Shown: piece by piece, positions 28,434 to 38,335 of the stretch | Layout: every line of letters begins with the position of its first letter | Position numbering within the stretch: position 1 is the stretch's first letter | Assembly: GCA_038046005.1 (NCBI GenBank) | Contig: JBBSXB010000004.1 | Span: 1 to 48,399 of the forward strand | DNA: 48,399 bases | Direction: 5' to 3' | DNA from: Nanobdellota archaeon | GTDB taxonomy: Archaea > Nanobdellota > Nanobdellia > Pacearchaeales > GW2011-AR1 | Notes under the pieces: model-generated | Seen by the model: only the letters and a program-made list of their open reading frames with translations | Told to the model about the DNA's origin: nothing | Database searches by the model: none | Made by a program: the position numbers and the translations under genes

Positions 28434-28793
28434 GTGATTTCTGAAGAAATTATGGTTAAAGTATTAATAGACAGATTTGAAAAAGAAGATGACTCAAATG
28501 AAGAGTTTGGATATACTGTAAGAACTGACGTACATGGGTATAGTAATTTATTTTACCAAAATAGGGCGAGACTGATGGATGGGAAATTTCTTTTAGATGC
28601 GACTAGAGAAAATAGCGTAAATGCAAGGTATCATCAATTTAATATAGTAGACAACTCTAGAAAAGCAAATAGGATTCTAGGCATTAAAGCTAGAGAAAAA
28701 GCAACAGAATTCGTAAGAGAGTTAGTTCCATCAATACAAGACAGAACATCTCAAAGAATTTCAAGAACTAAACCAAAGAAAAAATCAAAATGA
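28434..28793 (+). CDS. Hypothetical protein (ATG 28452 may be the true start)
   Basis: ORF with TTTATAAA box at about 28423. Confidence 0.6.
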   Translation: MISEEIMVKVLIDRFEKEDDSNEEFGYTVRTDVHGYSNLFYQNRARLMDGKFLLDATRENSVNARYHQFNIVDNSRKANRILGIKAREKATEFVRELVPSIQDRTSQRISRTKPKKKSK

Positions 28794-28957
28794 AATCCTT
28801 AACAAAAATAATTACAATTACTGGGGCATTGACATTACTGCCTTTTGGTATAAAAGACCAAACAAACCCACAAAACAAAACATATTTAAATAAATCAAAT
28901 GATAGTTATAATTCAGACTCTGCATACACAGTAACAAGAGTCAATATAAATCAATAA
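28790..28957 (+). CDS. 55-aa hypothetical protein (not in ORF track)
   Basis: ATGA overlap upstream; ends 1 nt before the next ATG; hydrophobic N-terminus. Confidence 0.45.
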   Translation: MKSLTKIITITGALTLLPFGIKDQTNPQNKTYLNKSNDSYNSDSAYTVTRVNINQ

Positions 28958-28958
28958 A

Positions 28959-29615
28959 ATGGCAGAAAAAAAGTTAACAAAAGAACAAGAGAAAGAATTG
29001 AAAGAACAGGCCAGAGGATACGCTTTGAAAAATCTTGGGGCTAAGTCTAGTATACTTAATCTAGCAGCTGCTTACTTTGCAGACAGAAAAAATGCTTATG
29101 GGGATGCTGGAAATTCTGCTGTTGACCAATACTTATACCAACCTACAATAGATAGTGGTGCAAGATATACCGATCCAGGAACAGGAAAAGAAGTGGGATT
29201 AATGTCTCAGGCCCTATTAGGATCAAGAGAGGACGGAGATAGATATACTGGAACACTTACTGAAAGAAAGATACTCAAACAAGCCTCAAAAATATTAGCT
29301 GGTTCTTTAGTTAATGTTAAAGTTTCAGATATATTAAGTTCTATGGGTTCAAAGGCTGAACTTAAACCCGAATATGCTGATGCCTACATTGTTGATGTAA
29401 AAGACAAGAAACTTGCTGATGTTATTGGTGCAGGTCTTTCTGATGAAGAAAAAGAAGCTATTGGAGATAGATCTGTAGCAGATTATGTATTAGGCAATTA
29501 CACTCAATGGCTTACTGACACTAAAGTCGCTGAAGCTTTAAACTTAAGAGCTAAGGACACCCTTGGTGGTTTGGAAGCAATTTTAAAAAAGCCTGAGAAT
29601 AAAAAGAAAAAGTAA
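28959..29615 (+). CDS. Hypothetical protein
   Basis: 218-aa ORF. Confidence 0.75.
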   Translation: MAEKKLTKEQEKELKEQARGYALKNLGAKSSILNLAAAYFADRKNAYGDAGNSAVDQYLYQPTIDSGARYTDPGTGKEVGLMSQALLGSREDGDRYTGTLTERKILKQASKILAGSLVNVKVSDILSSMGSKAELKPEYADAYIVDVKDKKLADVIGAGLSDEEKEAIGDRSVADYVLGNYTQWLTDTKVAEALNLRAKDTLGGLEAILKKPENKKKK

Positions 29616-29616
29616 A

Positions 29617-29895
29617 ATGAACGACCTTGCTAGATATTTCGCTAATACTGCATTGGTTCTTTCTGGAGCTACATGTGTCGCTGGTTCTGTTCCAGCAAGT
29701 ATAAATTACACGTATGACTCGGGAGAAAAGAAGGTTATTCTTGGGGACAATAAATTGTATAATTATGGTTTTGCTGGAGCAATGATTATTGCAGGATCAA
29801 CTGCTCTTGTATATGGTGCTAAAGAGATAACAAAAACAAACAAGAAAAGAGAAGAAGATAAAAAAAATGTTTCTATACCCAATTCACATCTTTAA
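29617..29895 (+). CDS. Small two-TM membrane protein
   Basis: Two hydrophobic segments. Confidence 0.65.
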   Translation: MNDLARYFANTALVLSGATCVAGSVPASINYTYDSGEKKVILGDNKLYNYGFAGAMIIAGSTALVYGAKEITKTNKKREEDKKNVSIPNSHL

Positions 29896-29906
29896 TTTTT
29901 TAGCCT

Positions 29907-30800
29907 TCACTCCAATCCAACAAGATCTCTGACAAGTCTTGTCATAACATCCATAAATTCTTTTGTCCTGTCTTGCCAGACGTCGATTTCAATCCCCTTT
30001 AAATCTCTTATTTCACCATGAGAAATTTTCTTGTGGAGCATTAAGACATCTCTGTACCATTGAACATACTTCATTTTTAACTTTCCTCTTGTCACAAAAG
30101 TTTCTCTCAAATCAACTGCAAGATGTTCTGGAGAAGGAGGCAAAACGTTTGCCGCAATCAATGCTGCATGTGCTGAATCAACCATTGCCCAGTACAGCCC
30201 CTCAACTGCTCCGAGCTGTGAAGACTTGCTTCTTGTCAGATGCATAGGCGCTCTTTGCAAGCTAACATAAATTGCCTCTGGAGAAGGCCTCATTTTTCCT
30301 TCAAGCAACAATCTCTTTAAAGGTTCGAAAAAACCGCCATAGTCAAGCATTGCTTCGCCATATCTTAAAACATTTATTATGGTCGGATCGCCTCTCATTA
30401 AATCTTCCCACCATGTACTTAGTTTCGTTGTATTGACATGAAGGCTTTGCTGATATGGATTTCTTCTCAAAAGCTTTTCCAATTCTTCCCTGTACCATGC
30501 AATAATCTCTTCATCGAGCTTTACTGAAACATCATCTATGATTATTACAATATCAATGTCTGATCCGGCAACAGATTCTTCTTTCGCAACGCTTCCAAAA
30601 AGAACTACAGATTTTATGAACTTGTCAAATCTTTTGTAAGCTCTAACTGCAAAGTCCATCGCAATGTCATGCTCTGTTTTAAGCTGCAAACTTGGAAGCT
30701 GTCTGTCCTGCTCTTCCTGCTTTTCCTTTTCAAAACCGGGCTTTCTTAATTTCTTTTCCGGACTAACAACCTTCTTTTTTATAGAATTTTTCTTTCCCAT
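29907..30800 (-). CDS. Nucleotidyltransferase + HEPN-like fusion protein
   Basis: LFGSVAK...SDIDIVIIIDD; GKMRPSPEAI; LYWAMVDSAHAAL. Confidence 0.85.
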   Translation of the reverse strand: MGKKNSIKKKVVSPEKKLRKPGFEKEKQEEQDRQLPSLQLKTEHDIAMDFAVRAYKRFDKFIKSVVLFGSVAKEESVAGSDIDIVIIIDDVSVKLDEEIIAWYREELEKLLRRNPYQQSLHVNTTKLSTWWEDLMRGDPTIINVLRYGEAMLDYGGFFEPLKRLLLEGKMRPSPEAIYVSLQRAPMHLTRSKSSQLGAVEGLYWAMVDSAHAALIAANVLPPSPEHLAVDLRETFVTRGKLKMKYVQWYRDVLMLHKKISHGEIRDLKGIEIDVWQDRTKEFMDVMTRLVRDLVGLE

Positions 30801-30895
30801 ATGCCTCTTTTTTACAGATAGTTAAAGTTTAAGCTCTTTTTAAAAGTTTTCAATTTTACTGGAAGATAGGGATGACGAAGTGATTTGAAAGAATG

Positions 30896-31417
30896 TCAAT
30901 GGGCAGGAACATATTTAGACATATTGTCATCCAGCCATTTTATTGTAGCTTTTTGGACATCATCAACTTTTAATCCTATAAAACCCTGGGCAACTTTTTC
31001 AATTGGAGCTCCACTATCTTTTTCTCCTATGGGCAAACCAAATTCTGGGACAATTGTTTTTATTGCATAACACCACTTAAATCCAGCGTTTCCTATAGAT
31101 TCTTCGCGACATTCTGTATATTGATTGTATTCTGCATCTTCACGTATCTTGTCATAATTACCAAAACATAGTTTCACAGAGTCTGTTCCAAAGACTTTTA
31201 TCTTTATTCTTTTTAACTCGGTTTCATATTTTGCCCCTATTTCAATCTCCTTCTTTAACTGATCACGAATTAATGGGAGGATTGCTGGACCCATAGCAAT
31301 AATGTTTCTGTAAGCTTCGCAATCGAGATATGGAGAAATCACTGAGTGAAAACTATTATTTTTGCAGTGTTCCCTCCATTCACTAACAGCCTGATTAAAT
31401 TTATCTTCCAGAGCCAT
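30896..31417 (-). CDS. Hypothetical protein
   Basis: 173-aa ORF (AYRNIIAMGPAILPLI). Confidence 0.7.
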   Translation of the reverse strand: MALEDKFNQAVSEWREHCKNNSFHSVISPYLDCEAYRNIIAMGPAILPLIRDQLKKEIEIGAKYETELKRIKIKVFGTDSVKLCFGNYDKIREDAEYNQYTECREESIGNAGFKWCYAIKTIVPEFGLPIGEKDSGAPIEKVAQGFIGLKVDDVQKATIKWLDDNMSKYVPAH

Positions 31418-31523
31418 AAAAATTCATTTTTCGGTTGTTTTTAAATTTTTAGTAACAAACCTAGTTTTGGTAATTCTATAGTAGAAAAAAAGATTTAAAA
31501 ATGAGATTTATGTTTTTCTGCTC

Positions 31524-31841
31524 ATGTCAATAGAAAAAATAGCTAGAGGAGTAGGAATTGCTTTAGGAGCCGTAGGAGTATTGTACATGTTGTGTTCTAG
31601 CAAAGTTGAAAATATTCACAAAAAAAATAATCTTGAAGCAAATGCACTTAGAATTGAGGAGAGTGCTGGAACAAGATGGGGCTATGAATTTCTTGATTCA
31701 AACACATATGGCACCGTTATAACATACAAGGGGAAAGACGGAAAATTACGCCAAGCAGGATTGAGATTGAATAAAGATGATTCTTTGGAAACTTATAGTT
31801 TTGATAATTTGAAACCAGCTTCGTCATCAAAGTCAAAATAA
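31524..31841 (+). CDS. Hypothetical membrane-anchored protein
   Basis: N-terminal TM; 3' overlap with the SET gene. Confidence 0.6.
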   Translation: MSIEKIARGVGIALGAVGVLYMLCSSKVENIHKKNNLEANALRIEESAGTRWGYEFLDSNTYGTVITYKGKDGKLRQAGLRLNKDDSLETYSFDNLKPASSSKSK

Positions 31842-32173
31842 TTACAGGTTAATTCTTCATCTTTTTTTATGTTGCGTTTTGCAATCGATTTGGTTTTTGT
31901 TAAATCAATTACATTTGGATTCTTAGAGTGATTAAAGAATCTTGCATTATCAGGGTTTATAACGTGTCTTTTTTCATTTTTTTCATAATAACCAAAATGC
32001 AAAACAAAAGATTTTGCAACATCTGGAAGTTTTTTGAAATCTTTATCTTTTATCATAAAATCAAAACCTGGCACGAATTCCCAAACCAGTTTTCCTTTAG
32101 GGATAAATTCTCCTGCAAATAAACCTAAACCATGTATTTTGCTTTTGCCAAGATATGTTTTTACGAGAAGCAT
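31793..32173 (-). CDS. SET-domain protein (putative lysine methyltransferase)
   Basis: IHGLGLFA, ARFFNHSKNPN, EELTCNY. Confidence 0.92.
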   Translation of the reverse strand: MLLVKTYLGKSKIHGLGLFAGEFIPKGKLVWEFVPGFDFMIKDKDFKKLPDVAKSFVLHFGYYEKNEKRHVINPDNARFFNHSKNPNVIDLTKTKSIAKRNIKKDEELTCNYFDFDDEAGFKLSKL

Positions 32174-32191
32174 TTTAGATTAAAATTTATT

Positions 32192-33979
32192 TTATTCCAT
32201 ACTTCTTCCAGACATTCTGTTTCCGCCTGCACCCTGCATTGAACCTCCGAGCTCTGCGGGAAGTCTTGAGAATCCCGCTCCAAAAGTTTCGTAGTTGACG
32301 GAAGGAAGCATCATTCCAAAACCTCCATAGTAGTCTTGAAGTAAACCTGGAGACTGATTCCAATACGGACCTTTTCCTGAAGTATTCATCTTTGGTCCCA
32401 ACAATTCCAAAGAAGGATAAACAGGAGAAGATTTAAAATGTGTCCATATTGTTGACCCCTCAATAATCTTTTTTATTTCTTCAGTTTTAACGCCTGATTT
32501 TTGTAGCTTTTCCATTATCATGTTTAACGGCACATTTCCCTGCCCCATTGCAAGTTCTGTGTGCTCAAATCCAAAATTGTCAGAAAGATGCAAGTGTTTT
32601 AAGACAGGACCCAGTTTTTCTGATTCTCTGACAATATCTTCCTCGCTGTATCCATATTTCCTAAGCATGTTCATATGGCCAACATCTAAAGTTGCACCAA
32701 TAGTCTTTTCAGCAATATGCATGGCTTCTTTTTCGCCCATCCCTTTTTCTTTTACAGCCCTCTTGACAAATTCTTCCCGTGACTTCTCCACAAGAGCCTT
32801 TACGTCTTCACCTGTACTCAAAGCAAATCCTGCCGGGGGGTTTTCAATTGTCAATATTGGAGTTGATTTCCCATATTTTTTATAAGCTTCAAAAGCAGCG
32901 TTTCCATAAGTTTGTGAAGATTGTTTTAATGCAAATTCTTCTATTGGAACGTACATTTTCGGGGCAACATTCAACTGTGGAGATTTTAATGCGAGCAAAA
33001 AATCATGCATTACTTTAGATTCTGTAAATGGATTTCTATCATTTCCCATAGCTTCTCCAAGATGCTTGGCGAGCTCCTGCAATTTTTCTTTTTGCCTATC
33101 ATCTCCAAATTCATAAGCCTTACTAAATAAAGAATGAGTCATCTTGTGCATTTCCTCCAGATAAAGATGCGCATCTTTAAATTTTCTATAAACATCTTGC
33201 TGGGCAGAAGGCAATAGATTGGGATTAAAATTTTCTTTATTCATTTCTTCAATAATGGGCTCGAGTAAAGGCCTATTCCTTTCAAGAATTTCATCGAACC
33301 TTTCTTTCTGGAAAAGTATTTGGGTTATCTGATTATCCCAGTTTGTTTCATTTAATATAGCAAGGTTTTTTTGAGGGTTATATTCTTTTTTTACAACTTC
33401 TCCTCCTTCAGGATACCATCTTTCCTCTTTCTCAAGAGGAACTAACTTTCCAGACTCCCTGTCAACTGCAATAATTCTTCTGTAATCTCTTCCGCCTTCT
33501 TTTGTTGGCTTAGGACCGAATTCCGAGCCTGGCAAACCTTCAGCGGAATGAAAGTTTACAGGAATGTTTCCGTCAGGATTTAATTCGTGGCTTCTTTCAA
33601 GAGTCTGAATAATTTTCTTTTCAGCTAAAACTCTGTCTGATTCGCTATAACCCCCTCTTCTAGGGTCAATTCCTGTCGTGTCTATAACTGGACCGTGAAC
33701 AGAAATTCCTATGCCTGTCAATTTTGCAAGTCTTCTTGTTTCTTCAAGATGCTGTTTTGCTACCTGGTCAAAAAAATCAGGAGTGACTGCCTCAATCTCA
33801 ATATGCTTGACTCCTGCAGAAAGTTTGTCTGAAACTTCTTTAAGAACATTGGCTGATCTTGGATCTGTTGTAACACCAAGAGACCCAGCACTAAAATATT
33901 TGCTAGAAGGATAAGACTTGAATGTAGAAACTCCTCCTTGATAAATTCCTTCAATTGTATATTTGCTTTTTTCTGGCAT
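32192..33979 (-). CDS. Xylose-isomerase-like/AP endonuclease 2 TIM-barrel protein
   Basis: SVHGP, TIEN, TLDVGH, HLHLSDNFG..H metal-binding motifs; ATG 33979 preferred as start. Confidence 0.8.
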   Translation of the reverse strand: MPEKSKYTIEGIYQGGVSTFKSYPSSKYFSAGSLGVTTDPRSANVLKEVSDKLSAGVKHIEIEAVTPDFFDQVAKQHLEETRRLAKLTGIGISVHGPVIDTTGIDPRRGGYSESDRVLAEKKIIQTLERSHELNPDGNIPVNFHSAEGLPGSEFGPKPTKEGGRDYRRIIAVDRESGKLVPLEKEERWYPEGGEVVKKEYNPQKNLAILNETNWDNQITQILFQKERFDEILERNRPLLEPIIEEMNKENFNPNLLPSAQQDVYRKFKDAHLYLEEMHKMTHSLFSKAYEFGDDRQKEKLQELAKHLGEAMGNDRNPFTESKVMHDFLLALKSPQLNVAPKMYVPIEEFALKQSSQTYGNAAFEAYKKYGKSTPILTIENPPAGFALSTGEDVKALVEKSREEFVKRAVKEKGMGEKEAMHIAEKTIGATLDVGHMNMLRKYGYSEEDIVRESEKLGPVLKHLHLSDNFGFEHTELAMGQGNVPLNMIMEKLQKSGVKTEEIKKIIEGSTIWTHFKSSPVYPSLELLGPKMNTSGKGPYWNQSPGLLQDYYGGFGMMLPSVNYETFGAGFSRLPAELGGSMQGAGGNRMSGRSME

Positions 33980-34095
33980 TTTAAAACCTACGGTTTTACA
34001 TCCCTCTCGCAACTTCTTTTCTCCGCCTCCTTGAGAAGTCTGTATAAACCTCTTTATTAATAATTAAACAACACAAATTTTGTTTATATATTTTC

Positions 34096-34671
34096 CTAAG
34101 GCAATTTAGGCTGGTACTTCTTTTCTTTTTTTGAAGATAGATCACGACTTTCACTTCTTTCCCTTTCATCATCAAATCTTTCCGGAATTGAATATTTTTC
34201 GAGGTTTGAGTTTCCTTCATTTGCCCTTTCAGAGCTTGTGAAAAATCCTTCCTGTCTGAAAACGTCATCTCTAGCCCTTCCAACTCTGTCAAGGTCAACT
34301 TGTTCCGGAATGTTGCCTCTTGTCCCTGTGTCCATTATATATTTTTTTTCGTCGTCGCCATTTCCACCCCCAATAGAATACTTGAATGGGTCAGAATCTT
34401 TGCTATTGCCTGTTTGAGCCGGTGTTTCAAATCTTCTGCCTCCGATAATAATCTCGGGAGCTTCAGCAATTTTTTCAAGCACTGGAGCTCGTGTCGACAA
34501 AGCTTCGCTAAGCTCTGACAAATTACTTTCATCTTCTGAAAAAAGAGGCGAAAATTTTCTTGCAAAATTCAGTGTTTCCTCAGCGTTTTCCCTTTCTCCC
34601 TTTTTTATCTCAACAGGAATGTCTCTAGATTTTTTGTGTTTTTGTGTGTGTTTTTTCTCTTTCTTTTGCAT
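34096..34671 (-). CDS. Hypothetical charged/disordered protein
   Basis: 191-aa ORF co-oriented with the TIM-barrel gene. Confidence 0.6.
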   Translation of the reverse strand: MQKKEKKHTQKHKKSRDIPVEIKKGERENAEETLNFARKFSPLFSEDESNLSELSEALSTRAPVLEKIAEAPEIIIGGRRFETPAQTGNSKDSDPFKYSIGGGNGDDEKKYIMDTGTRGNIPEQVDLDRVGRARDDVFRQEGFFTSSERANEGNSNLEKYSIPERFDDERERSESRDLSSKKEKKYQPKLP

Positions 34672-34732
34672 TAAAAATTAATGTATAACAAATATATAAA
34701 TTTACCTTTGGATTATAGATTAAATAATAATT

Positions 34733-35074
34733 TTACGCTGATAAGTTTTTGTTTAACATAGGATTTTTTCTTCTGAAATTTTGCAAGTTTTTTTGAAACT
34801 TGATGAAAGTTGCCCTATCTTTTTCATCTTTTAATTTCTTTTTGCTTAGAGCCCTTTTCATTCCTTCTTCAATTAAATCCAAATAATTGCCAAAACCTGT
34901 GTGCAAAATAGCATTTATCACTAAACTCCTATCTATCCCAGCCATGTTTGTATACTCATCTATAAGACCCAAAGTTTCCTTTGTTACATTAACTGAAATT
35001 TTCTTATATCCTTTGCTTTTAATTAGTTTTAGCCATTCTTGTTCTGCTTTATCTTTGTCCATTTTATCCTCCAT
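34733..35074 (-). CDS. Possible ribbon-helix-helix DNA-binding protein
   Basis: KKISVNVTKETLGLIDEY....GIDRSLVIN pattern; start uncertain. Confidence 0.55.
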   Translation of the reverse strand: MEDKMDKDKAEQEWLKLIKSKGYKKISVNVTKETLGLIDEYTNMAGIDRSLVINAILHTGFGNYLDLIEEGMKRALSKKKLKDEKDRATFIKFQKNLQNFRRKNPMLNKNLSA

Positions 35075-35179
35075 AAAGTAATACCTAAGTAATACCAAAA
35101 GTATTATTTATAAACCTTTCGTTTTTATTACACCTTGCCTTTAGAAAAATTTTATATACTAGCCTTGACTTAATAAAAA

Positions 35180-35434
35180 ATGGAAAAGAAGCTTAACAAA
35201 GAAGGACAAAGTGGTTTACCATTAAACCCCCAAGGTTTAACAAGGAAATTTTTAAAGGGGTTCGGATTTTTCTTATTTTTAATCGGTGCTTTTTTTATTA
35301 TAACTTCATTCTTCAGAGTACCAATAACAGGATTTAGTATTTCTAACCAATCACGAGGAGGAATCTCTTTTGTAGGGATTGTTCTTGAAATAGTGGGGGT
35401 CTTGCTCATGGTCATTAAAGGAAAAAGGAATTAG
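35180..35434 (+). CDS. Small membrane protein
   Basis: Two TM helices with ITGFSI motif. Confidence 0.65.
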   Translation: MEKKLNKEGQSGLPLNPQGLTRKFLKGFGFFLFLIGAFFIITSFFRVPITGFSISNQSRGGISFVGIVLEIVGVLLMVIKGKRN

Positions 35435-36846
35435 GTGTAAGCAGGCATTCCGTGGGCTTTTTTGTAGATTTCAAACAGATTAAAAGTCGCTTCTTGAGCT
35501 TTTTTAGTACATAATTTTCTCAGATGTTCTTTCTCTATCCAACTGTCTTTTTTAATTTCTCCAATCTCTTTTTTTTTCTGCTTCTCCTCCTTAGGTTTTG
35601 ATTTCGAAGCTTCTTTCTTGTCATAAAATCCAAAAAGTGCTAAAAATGGATTTGAGCTATCTTTATTTTCAACAGGCTTTTCATCTTCTTCACTAAGAAA
35701 AAAATCTATCTCTTCTTGCATCTGCTTCAAGCTTTCATCAGAAGCTCCCTCAACAAAACCTAATGCCAGTTCTAAATCTGATTTGTCTATCTCCTGGTAT
35801 AATTTTGCAATTTCTTCCTCGTTTAAAGCATATCCTCTGAAAGTAACTTCTGCCAAGCCACCAAATGCATAATGGGATTGCTGTGCGACCCGCTGTGGGA
35901 TTCCCCTAAATCTAAAGTCAACCAGATAACAGCTGTAATATTTTCTTTTTATTGATTTTAAAAAATGCTCCTTTGAAAATTCTATCGGGAGATTTCCTTC
36001 TAAAGCCTCTTCCTTAATTTTTAATTCCTGTTTTCCTAAGAGGGTCAATTCTAAAAGTAGAGTGTTGAAAACATTTACCAAAGCTGGGTCTCTCCCAAAA
36101 TCTTTATTTTGCAATTTTGCTGCTGCGACTAAATATGGTTTTGCCCATTTTGTGTAAAGTTTTAAAGAGTTAACCTGACTTTTTAGATAGGCTCTTTCCA
36201 GCCCATATCTTTTTGTTAATTCTCTTTCAGACTGGCCAAGCCAAGCATTAAATTCTATAACCCTCGACATCACAATCCTTTTTATTCTGTCATTTAAGTC
36301 TAAATCTTTTGCTTCTTTTTCATTATCTGCAACTAAGAAAGCATCTAAAAGTGTTTGAAATCCGGCCTGACCCAAAGCCATTGCCTTTACACTGGAGTTT
36401 CCTTTTTGTATGTCAACTTTGTCCATCCAAAGTTGTTTTAGAGAAAGCCTAGCTGCTTGAGAAATGTTTGGGTCTTTTGATTTTAAATCTGTGTAAATTT
36501 TCAACCTTATTTTAAATTCTTTCAAATCATAGATGAGATTTAAGACACTTCTCAAGACGGTGTTTACATCTCCAAGAATTTTTGCGCCCTGCTGCTGCAT
36601 TATTGTTGCTCTTTGACCTAGCTCTGAAAAATGCCCTGAACCCGGCGATGAAGCAAAATTATCAGAAAGTTTTTCAGTCTTCATCCCAAGATCCTGCATT
36701 AAATCCAGAATAAAAAAATAAACCGGCTCTAAAGTTTCCGTGCTTGAGTCGTAGACTAATTTGTGCTCTGCCTCTGGCTCCCCCTTTTTTTTATAGTAAG
36801 GACTGATATCTTTGATAATTTCGTAAACTGCTTTTATGTCACCCAT
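35431..36846 (-). CDS. Hypothetical protein
   Basis: 471-aa ORF; no motif recognised. Confidence 0.8.
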   Translation of the reverse strand: MGDIKAVYEIIKDISPYYKKKGEPEAEHKLVYDSSTETLEPVYFFILDLMQDLGMKTEKLSDNFASSPGSGHFSELGQRATIMQQQGAKILGDVNTVLRSVLNLIYDLKEFKIRLKIYTDLKSKDPNISQAARLSLKQLWMDKVDIQKGNSSVKAMALGQAGFQTLLDAFLVADNEKEAKDLDLNDRIKRIVMSRVIEFNAWLGQSERELTKRYGLERAYLKSQVNSLKLYTKWAKPYLVAAAKLQNKDFGRDPALVNVFNTLLLELTLLGKQELKIKEEALEGNLPIEFSKEHFLKSIKRKYYSCYLVDFRFRGIPQRVAQQSHYAFGGLAEVTFRGYALNEEEIAKLYQEIDKSDLELALGFVEGASDESLKQMQEEIDFFLSEEDEKPVENKDSSNPFLALFGFYDKKEASKSKPKEEKQKKKEIGEIKKDSWIEKEHLRKLCTKKAQEATFNLFEIYKKAHGMPAYT

Positions 36847-36965
36847 TTTATCGTTTCTTTATACTGTGTTATAGGAATTAGAGTTTAAAAAAGGTTTCTA
36901 AGGAGGAAAAAGTTTAATTCTGAATAATTCAAAATCCTTAAAAACTCTAATTTATTATATAAACT

Positions 36966-37421
36966 ATGGGATTGTTTAATAGAAAAGAGAAGGTGCTTGA
37001 TCTTTCCGAAAGATACAGGAGCAGGCAAAAAGTAGCAACGTTAAAACATCAGCTTAAGAATGGCGGCGGAGAACCTCAAATTTCTGCACCTGTTACACCC
37101 AGCCCAATGGGATCTGCCCCTGCACCGATGACAACAAATTCAAATTCCAATGAAGGTTCTGGAGGATTTTTTAGTTTTTTAGGAAATTTAGCTTCGAGTT
37201 CACCTGCTGTTAGTTCATCAACTCAACCGAGTGTAAAACCTTATTCTTCTGGAATAAGCGATAATGAAGACAGTCTTTCTATAGAGGATAAAAAGAAAAA
37301 ATTTGCGAAAAGACTTATGGATATGACAACAAAACTGGAAGAAGTTTCTAATAATATTTATAGATTGCAACACAGAATTGAGCTAGTTGAAAAAAAGCTT
37401 AGAATCAATAAGGATGATTAA
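36966..37421 (+). CDS. Hypothetical protein with Pro/Ser linker and C-terminal coiled coil
   Basis: 151-aa ORF. Confidence 0.75.
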   Translation: MGLFNRKEKVLDLSERYRSRQKVATLKHQLKNGGGEPQISAPVTPSPMGSAPAPMTTNSNSNEGSGGFFSFLGNLASSSPAVSSSTQPSVKPYSSGISDNEDSLSIEDKKKKFAKRLMDMTTKLEEVSNNIYRLQHRIELVEKKLRINKDD

Positions 37422-37472
37422 AAAATAAAAGATGGATGCGGGATTCATAAAAACCCGCAGGAGGTTTTTATA

Positions 37473-38300
37473 ATGGATGAAGAAAAAGAGGAAGGGGTAA
37501 GTAGTCGCGTCAAGAACGTCACTAATTATGGGATAGATACTGGATTAAATGGAATTCTTGAGAATCACCCTGGCTGGATAAGTTATAGAGATAGTCTTAG
37601 AAGCCACATAGATGAACAAAAGTTTGAAGCGGAAAAAAATAGAATCTTTGCAGAAACCAATGAAGCATCCAGAAGTGGAAAATTTGCTTCAGAATATTTA
37701 ATGTGGAAGCATGTTTACGAACAGATAGCAAAAGTTGTTGCTTCTGGAAAAGTATTTGATGATTTTGGAAATGAAGTTATACTCAATAAAAGCCTTGAAG
37801 AAAGGGCTAGTAATGGTTTTTTTGTTGGAGGAGCTAGAAGAGAGTTGTCAGAACAAACTGAGTTAGACAAAAAGATTGGAGCATTTAACGAACTTTATGA
37901 TTTAATGAAAAAAGGAGATTATGCACAAAGGATGCCTGAATTGGCAGAGGCTGCTGCGACAATCCAAGATGCAGGCATGCTAAATGCCGCTGTTGATATT
38001 TTGAAGTATCATGGTTTAATTGATGGCAGAAAATACTCTATAATTAAAGATTCAATAAAAGAAAAAGCAGATGGTGTTTATGAAACAGCTTTAACAAAAA
38101 TTGAGGAATATTCCTCAAAACCCGTTCAAAAAGCGGCTGCTGCTATTTTGGGAATTTTTGGAGTTGGAATTTTGATTGCTACAAAGACGGCAATCACTGG
38201 AGGAGTGATAGGAACGCTGCCTTCATCTTCAAGTTTTATTGCAATTGGGCTAATGATTGTTTCTTTAATTTGGATGTGGAAGGCTTTTAAGAGCAAGTAG
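37473..38300 (+). CDS. Hypothetical protein with C-terminal TM hairpin
   Basis: 275 aa; GGAGG SD upstream. Confidence 0.75.
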   Translation: MDEEKEEGVSSRVKNVTNYGIDTGLNGILENHPGWISYRDSLRSHIDEQKFEAEKNRIFAETNEASRSGKFASEYLMWKHVYEQIAKVVASGKVFDDFGNEVILNKSLEERASNGFFVGGARRELSEQTELDKKIGAFNELYDLMKKGDYAQRMPELAEAAATIQDAGMLNAAVDILKYHGLIDGRKYSIIKDSIKEKADGVYETALTKIEEYSSKPVQKAAAAILGIFGVGILIATKTAITGGVIGTLPSSSSFIAIGLMIVSLIWMWKAFKSK

Positions 38301-38335
38301 GTTAATTTTATTAATACAGATTTCTTATAATTTTT

